Source of the DNA: Fibrobacteria bacterium
Lineage (GTDB): Bacteria; Fibrobacterota; Chitinivibrionia; Chitinivibrionales; FEN-1185
Assembly (NCBI GenBank): GCA_037447435.1
Contig: JBBIGR010000002.1
Location: forward strand, 128,001 to 192,000
DNA: 64,000 nt
Direction: 5' to 3'
Every line of letters begins with the position of its first letter. The stretch's first letter is position 1. This document shows positions 58,683 to 64,000 of the stretch, one piece after another. A program made the position numbers and the translations under genes. A model generated the notes under the pieces. The model was not told the origin of the DNA. It saw only the letters and a list, made by a program, of their open reading frames with translations, and made no database searches.

Positions 58683-61112
58683 ATGAGGAAAAACAATGTC
58701 CCCTTTTTTTCAAAAATGATAGTGTGTCAACTCCTGGCGGTTTCGTTGCTATTTGCGCAATTTTCGAGGCAGCACTATACCCTCAACTCGCTGGCCTGGA
58801 AATTCAAGAAGGCCGACGTAAGCGGAGCCGAGGCTACAGCGTTCAGTGATGCCGCGTGGCAAAGCATTACCATTCCGCACGATTTCAACGGCGGAATAGA
58901 TAAAGTAAACAATGACGTTTATACCGGCCCCAAAATGTACCGCGGCATCGGCTGGTATCGCGTCCATTTTCCTATCGATGCGAAATATCAGGGGAAAAAA
59001 ATATTCATCGATTTCGACGCTGCGTCGCTGGTAACGGATGTTTGGATCAACGGTACCCATATCGGACAGCATAAAGGCGGGTATACTGCATTTTCTTACG
59101 ACATTACCCCAAATGTTACCATCGGCGGCGACAATGTCCTTGCAGTTAAAGTGAACAGTGCAAACGATCCGAAAATCGCTCCGTGGATGCAAACGCCGTT
59201 TGGAACATATCCCACCAGTTACGATTATGCCGTTTACGGCGGAATTTATCGGAGCGTTTGGATAACCGTAACCGACCAGGCAAAAATCGAAGCGACGTTC
59301 ATCACCACGCCGGGCGTTTCTGCCGCATCTTCGCAAGTGCGTGTAAAAACAGAGGTTACCAACTATGCCGCGACGGCGCAATCGATTACCCTCACCACAA
59401 CCGTCGCGGATTCGACGGGTGCGACGGTAGCAACATTAACAAATACGCAAAGCGTTAACGCCGGTCAATTATATACTTTTGACCAAACGACCGCAAGCAA
59501 CGTCAGCTCCCCGCATCTCTGGTCACCGTCCTCGCCGTATCTTTACAAAGTGCATTCAACGCTTACCGTAGCCGGCACAGAAATCGACCAGTTCGACAGT
59601 CCGCTTGGATTCAGATGGTTTTCCATGCCGAAAACAAACGCCCAGTTCACGCTTAACGGCCAGCCGCTTTTTATACAAGGCGTCAACCGGCATCAGGATT
59701 GGATAGGCCTTGGGTGGTCATTGACAAGCGATCAACATCGTTACGATATGCAACTCATTAAAGACGGCGGATTCAATTTCGTTCGCCATGCCCATTATCC
59801 CGCGGATCAGTCTGCGATGAAAGCCTGCGACGAACTGGGGCTTTTGTCCTGGCTGGAAGTTCCGGTAACGGTTTCAATATCCACAGACCCGGACTTTTTA
59901 GCCAATGCGAAAAGCCAGCTCACTGAAATGATTCGACAAAACTACAACCACCCCAGCGTCATAATCTGGAGCATCGGAAACGAATCGGACCAAGCTGCGG
60001 CAAGTGCAAACCCTGCTTTGACCGAATCATATGCGAATTCTTTCAACAATTCTCTCAACGACCTTGCCCATCAACTCGATGCGACCCGTACCACGGCAGG
60101 CAGCAATTTCAAGCTTACATCCGACCAGGCAATTTCGGACATTTATTCACCCCATGTATTCCTTGGATGGTATGGCGGTGTTTATACCTCATACAGCCCG
60201 GTTGTATTTACAAGTGAATATGGTGCCGACGCGGACGTAACCATCCATAAAGAGCCCGGCAGCCAAAAGCTTGACGATTGGAGCCAGGAGTATCAGTGTC
60301 TGCTGCATGAAGCCTTTGTTGCCCGCGGTCAGGCAGTCAAGACTCAGTTTACCGGCCAATGCTTGTGGGTAATGTTCGATTTCGCATCACCCCGGGCAGA
60401 TAGAGTTATTGCCGCAAACAGCAACACGATAAATTATATGAATCAAAAAGGACTTTTTGGAGCAGATCACACCACCCCGAAAGATGCCTACTATTTTTAT
60501 CAGAGTTTTTATACGGATAAAACCAAAGCCCCAATGGTTTACATTGTTTCGCATTCATGGCTTAACCGTTGGACCGCGGCCGCAAGTAAAACGGTTTGGG
60601 CGTACAGCAATTGCGATAGCGTTGAACTTTTCAATTCCTTTGGGAGCGAATCTTTTGGCAAAAAAGCAAGGACCGCCGGAGAAAACACGATTAAAACCCG
60701 TTTCCAATGGGATAATGCATCGGTCAAATACAACATTCTTTATGCGCAAGGCTATGTGGGCGGTAAGATAGTTGCAAGGGATACGATCGTGCTGAAAAAC
60801 CTGCCGAACCCTCCGGGAGTTTCGTCAATAGTCGGTCTTGGCCAAAAAGCAAAACTATCAACTCCGGAAATTAAAATTACTTCGACAAACGGTCAATATT
60901 GCCTAACCGGCCGAATTCCGGCAAAATATTCCGGGCAATTATCCCTGTATTCAATTACCGGCGTTAAAATTACCACACTTCAAAACAGCAGCGCCGCAGA
61001 ATCGGGCGATGTTTCCGTGGTGTTAAATGCCGGAATGCTTTCAAAAGGAGTTTATTTACTAAAAGCCGAAGGAAAGGCAGCAACCTGGGCTAAACAATTC
61101 TTAGTTTTTTAA
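58683..61112 (+). CDS. Secreted GH2 glycoside hydrolase with T9SS-like C-terminal domain
   Basis: Signal peptide; GVNRHQD, RHAHYP, WSIGNE (acid/base), SEYG (nucleophile), YSNCDSVEL; tail LYSITG...KGVYLLK. Confidence 0.9.
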   Translation: MRKNNVPFFSKMIVCQLLAVSLLFAQFSRQHYTLNSLAWKFKKADVSGAEATAFSDAAWQSITIPHDFNGGIDKVNNDVYTGPKMYRGIGWYRVHFPIDAKYQGKKIFIDFDAASLVTDVWINGTHIGQHKGGYTAFSYDITPNVTIGGDNVLAVKVNSANDPKIAPWMQTPFGTYPTSYDYAVYGGIYRSVWITVTDQAKIEATFITTPGVSAASSQVRVKTEVTNYAATAQSITLTTTVADSTGATVATLTNTQSVNAGQLYTFDQTTASNVSSPHLWSPSSPYLYKVHSTLTVAGTEIDQFDSPLGFRWFSMPKTNAQFTLNGQPLFIQGVNRHQDWIGLGWSLTSDQHRYDMQLIKDGGFNFVRHAHYPADQSAMKACDELGLLSWLEVPVTVSISTDPDFLANAKSQLTEMIRQNYNHPSVIIWSIGNESDQAAASANPALTESYANSFNNSLNDLAHQLDATRTTAGSNFKLTSDQAISDIYSPHVFLGWYGGVYTSYSPVVFTSEYGADADVTIHKEPGSQKLDDWSQEYQCLLHEAFVARGQAVKTQFTGQCLWVMFDFASPRADRVIAANSNTINYMNQKGLFGADHTTPKDAYYFYQSFYTDKTKAPMVYIVSHSWLNRWTAAASKTVWAYSNCDSVELFNSFGSESFGKKARTAGENTIKTRFQWDNASVKYNILYAQGYVGGKIVARDTIVLKNLPNPPGVSSIVGLGQKAKLSTPEIKITSTNGQYCLTGRIPAKYSGQLSLYSITGVKITTLQNSSAAESGDVSVVLNAGMLSKGVYLLKAEGKAATWAKQFLVF

Positions 61113-61146
61113 TTAAAATGCCCATACATTTTTTTTAAATTGTCAA

Positions 61147-61186
61147 AAAAAACCCTGCCCGCAAATATTTGCGGGCAGGGTTTTTT
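61147..61186. terminator. Bidirectional intrinsic terminator
   Basis: Perfect 40-bp palindrome AAAAAACCCTGCCCGCAAAT/ATTTGCGGGCAGGGTTTTTT downstream of GH2. Confidence 0.88.
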
Positions 61187-61305
61187 ATGTAAAATTGTCA
61201 TATGTACATAAATCGGTTTTTAAAAACCGATAATTTTCCTTGTTTTTTTCGTTATACAGTATATAAATAAGCATTTTTTAGTTTTTAAGTATCTTATGAG
61301 TTTTC

Positions 61306-61361
61306 TACATAAAATAGATGGGGTTATAAATAGCATTTTATTTTAAATGAAACGATATTAT
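61306..61361 (+). promoter_or_regulatory. Conserved promoter/activator block, copy 2
   Basis: 45/56 nt identical to 58568-58623; upstream of the small-protein/GH3 unit. Confidence 0.7.
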
Positions 61362-61433
61362 AATTAATTGATTGAAGACTTTTAACGACATTCAATAACG
61401 GAAAATAACCATTTAAAAAAAGGAGTACCTTCT

Positions 61434-61820
61434 ATGTTGAGAAGAAGCATTCTATCGATCATCGTTGCTTTTTCGCTCGGGGCTTTTGCCGACACTGTTG
61501 TCAAGAGCAGTGCCGCTTTCGCTTTTCCTACAAGCGTATCAACCACAGCCTGGACATTTGCACAAGCCAATGAAGCCTCGTTCAATTTCACGAAGCCACT
61601 GGCAGGAAAAAACATCGTCGAATTTTCTTGGAACCTTCCGAAAAGAATTAACCAGGGAAACATAACGGTATTTTCCGTTTCCGGCGCAAAAGTTAAATCG
61701 TTTCCCATCACATCCTCCTATGGGACCGTGCAATGGAAAACAAATGCAAGCGGTATTTATTTCGCACAGTTATCGGGTGGTTCATTCAAGAAAAATCTTC
61801 AAGTCTTTTTATACAGATAA
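61434..61820 (+). CDS. Small secreted protein consisting essentially of a T9SS-like CTD
   Basis: Signal peptide (..GAFA); AAGGAG RBS; ITVFSVSGAKV...W...ASGIYFAQL...KNLQVF. Confidence 0.7.
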   Translation: MLRRSILSIIVAFSLGAFADTVVKSSAAFAFPTSVSTTAWTFAQANEASFNFTKPLAGKNIVEFSWNLPKRINQGNITVFSVSGAKVKSFPITSSYGTVQWKTNASGIYFAQLSGGSFKKNLQVFLYR

Positions 61821-61840
61821 GAAATTAACGGAGGAAAATC

Positions 61841-64000
61841 ATGCGAAAAAGCATTATCGGTCTTTTTATGTTTCTTTTTGCGGCGAGCGCAACGAGCATT
61901 TTTGCCGTACCCACAACGTTGGACACGGTGTCGGTCCCGGTAAAACTTCTTAAATGCCTTTCATCATCTCCAACCGTTTCCTATTATGTTGGGAAAGTCA
62001 ACTACGACATGCACATTCACGACAATGATTCCCTGAGCATCGTATTGTCTTTTGATCCTGTCGGAGCGGGCGGCGCGGTCACCGTCGATTCCGTAAAGGG
62101 CGATGTCGGTATTGTCCCTCTTGCCAATGGAATAAACGGGACAAACGAAATTTATTTCTGGTGTCATATTACCGGCACGCCGGCAACGACCTATACGGCT
62201 AAAGTGACGATCAATGACGGTCAAAGCAATATCGAAAAAACAACAAATGCCTTGGTCGCACAAATGACCAACGGAGAAAAAGCAGCTCAATGTTATTCGA
62301 ATGGAAACCGGGAATACCCCGATCTTAACAAATACGGCGGCATTCCGGGATTCTACATGGCCAACGGAACTTCGGGTCCGTGTCAGCTCGTAAGCGGATA
62401 TTCCACATCGTTTCCTACCGGTGCCGCAATGACCTGCACTTTCGATAAGCAGCTTATGGATAGTGTCGGTACTGCCATTGCGCAGGAATTCTGGGCAAAA
62501 GGCCATTATATGATCGAGGCACCCATGATCAACATGGTGATTGACCCGCGCGGTGGAAGAAACTGGGAAACTTTTGGTGAAGACCCGTATCTTGCCGCCC
62601 AACTCGGTCTTGCGTATTGCAACGGCGCTCAGAAATTGAATTGCATTATTACCCCCAAACACATCATTTGCAACGACCGTGAAACAAACCGTTCGAAATA
62701 CAGCTCAAATATCACGGAACGTCCGTTGCGTGAAAATTATTTGTTGCCTTTTGAATACATCGTCAAGGAAGGCAAAGCGTGGGGCATCATGAGTGCATAT
62801 AACCAGGTCAATAATACCTATTGCCCTGCCAACACCCATTTGCTGACCGATATCCTGAAAACCGACTGGGGATTCAGAGGCTTTACGATTTCCGATTGGG
62901 ACGCGATGAACAATAACACCGCCGCACAATGCGCAAACGCGGGTCAGGACGTTGAATTGCCGGATGCCGTCGTGTATTCTCAGCTTGCAAACGTGGTGCC
63001 CAGCCAGGTTGCGCAAACGAGGCTTGACGATATGGCAAAAAGAGTGATTCGGACAAAAGTATGGTCCGGCGTCATCGGTAAACTTGGGACAAATGCAAAC
63101 ACGAAATACGCCGCAACGCTCGAATCGCAAAATCACAAAGACTTGGCATTGCAAACCGCCTTAAAATCAATCGTTCTTGTGAAGAATGCCAATTTCGGAA
63201 CACCGGCCGCACCTACATTGCCGTTAGATCCAAACAAAACCGTTGCGGTTGTCGGAACCTATTATAATCAATGCAGACAATGGGGAGTCGGAGCCATTGC
63301 AAGCGGAAAACCGTGTCCCGACCCTGCCGCCGGTATTCAAGTAGCTCCGGATGCCGGCATCAGTGCCAGAGCGGGCGCAAAGTATCTTGCGCAGAATTGG
63401 CAATCGGCAGACCAGGTCGTAGTCGTCGTGGGTGTTTCCGGCGAAGCTGAAAACCAGGATAGATCTTCATTGTACATTACGCCCGCCAACACGGATAACG
63501 CGCTTATCGCGTCGATTATCGCAGCCGGAAAAAAATGCGTCGTCGTAATGACCGGCGGAAGCCCTGCGGTTCAGGAAGGCTGGGCAAATGCAAATGCGGT
63601 ACTTGTCGAATGGTATGGCGGCCAAGCTCAGGGTACGGCGCTGGCCCAGATTTTATACGGCGATGTAAACCCCTCGGGCCGACTATCGGCTTCCTTTCCT
63701 GCAAGCGCAGGTCAATTGCCTGCATTTTCCGATGCGCCGACCGCTATCCAATATGAAAACTATACGACTGATTTTGGAAGAGGATATCGCTATTACGATC
63801 AGAATAATCTCATCCCGTTGTATGCGTTCGGCTACGGTTTAAGCTACACGACATTCCAATACAGCAATTTAACCATTAATCCCAGCCCTCTGTACGTCGG
63901 TCAATACGTCGTTACGGTCGACATCAAGAATACGGGAACTAAAGCCGGCGATGAAGTCGCCGAACTGTACATTCATCCGAACGCTTCGCCGAAACCCAGA
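61841..64000 (+). CDS. Secreted GH3 beta-glucosidase-like enzyme (3' end outside window)
   Basis: GGAGG RBS; MRKSIIGLFMFLFAASA signal; GRNWETFGEDP, KH, MSAYN, SDW nucleophile, NPSGRL and FGYGLSYT motifs. Not in the ORF track because no stop lies in the window. Confidence 0.92.
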   Translation, partial: MRKSIIGLFMFLFAASATSIFAVPTTLDTVSVPVKLLKCLSSSPTVSYYVGKVNYDMHIHDNDSLSIVLSFDPVGAGGAVTVDSVKGDVGIVPLANGINGTNEIYFWCHITGTPATTYTAKVTINDGQSNIEKTTNALVAQMTNGEKAAQCYSNGNREYPDLNKYGGIPGFYMANGTSGPCQLVSGYSTSFPTGAAMTCTFDKQLMDSVGTAIAQEFWAKGHYMIEAPMINMVIDPRGGRNWETFGEDPYLAAQLGLAYCNGAQKLNCIITPKHIICNDRETNRSKYSSNITERPLRENYLLPFEYIVKEGKAWGIMSAYNQVNNTYCPANTHLLTDILKTDWGFRGFTISDWDAMNNNTAAQCANAGQDVELPDAVVYSQLANVVPSQVAQTRLDDMAKRVIRTKVWSGVIGKLGTNANTKYAATLESQNHKDLALQTALKSIVLVKNANFGTPAAPTLPLDPNKTVAVVGTYYNQCRQWGVGAIASGKPCPDPAAGIQVAPDAGISARAGAKYLAQNWQSADQVVVVVGVSGEAENQDRSSLYITPANTDNALIASIIAAGKKCVVVMTGGSPAVQEGWANANAVLVEWYGGQAQGTALAQILYGDVNPSGRLSASFPASAGQLPAFSDAPTAIQYENYTTDFGRGYRYYDQNNLIPLYAFGYGLSYTTFQYSNLTINPSPLYVGQYVVTVDIKNTGTKAGDEVAELYIHPNASPKPR

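Noticed and set aside
61147..61186. Perfect 40-bp palindrome as a mobile-element end or recombination site
   Set aside because: A GC stem flanked by A and T tracts right after a stop codon is fully explained as a bidirectional terminator.

Overview
Gene-dense bacterial chromosomal window from a diderm organism. KdsA, TolC, Wza/Wzc and T9SS-like C-terminal tails point to the FCB group, plausibly Fibrobacterota/Chitinivibrionia; this is inference only. Housekeeping genes include gap, kdsA, pgm, a class A PBP, alaA, an M16C peptidase, ribD-ribE-ribBA-ribH-nusB and rfbD/rfbB. Four regions stand out. (1) 1.9-4.0 kb: two nucleotidyltransferase-based toxin-antitoxin-like cassettes lie downstream of a Ser/Thr kinase. 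Each cassette is followed by a synonymous-codon variant of the kinase's last ~20 codons, in a reciprocal-mosaic pattern expected from serial integration into the gene's 3' end. No integrase is present in the window. (2) 26.8-37.7 kb: a type II FAS-like lipid cluster (FabG, FabF, non-catalytic KS/CLF, ACP, acyltransferase, phytoene-desaturase-family enzyme, three B12-binding radical SAM enzymes). It resembles candidate ladderane clusters and sits behind a TetR-controlled TolC/HlyD/ABC exporter operon. (3) 47-57.5 kb: a surface-polysaccharide locus with unusual fusions (ECF-sigma2-like TM protein, Wzc with an extra TM and NTF2-like tail, SLBB-FecR-degenerate LCP). (4) 57.5-64 kb: AraC, GH2, a CTD-only protein and GH3, with a 56-bp promoter block present twice. 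No rRNA, tRNA or CRISPR array was recognised. All domain calls come from motifs read by eye, not from database searches.
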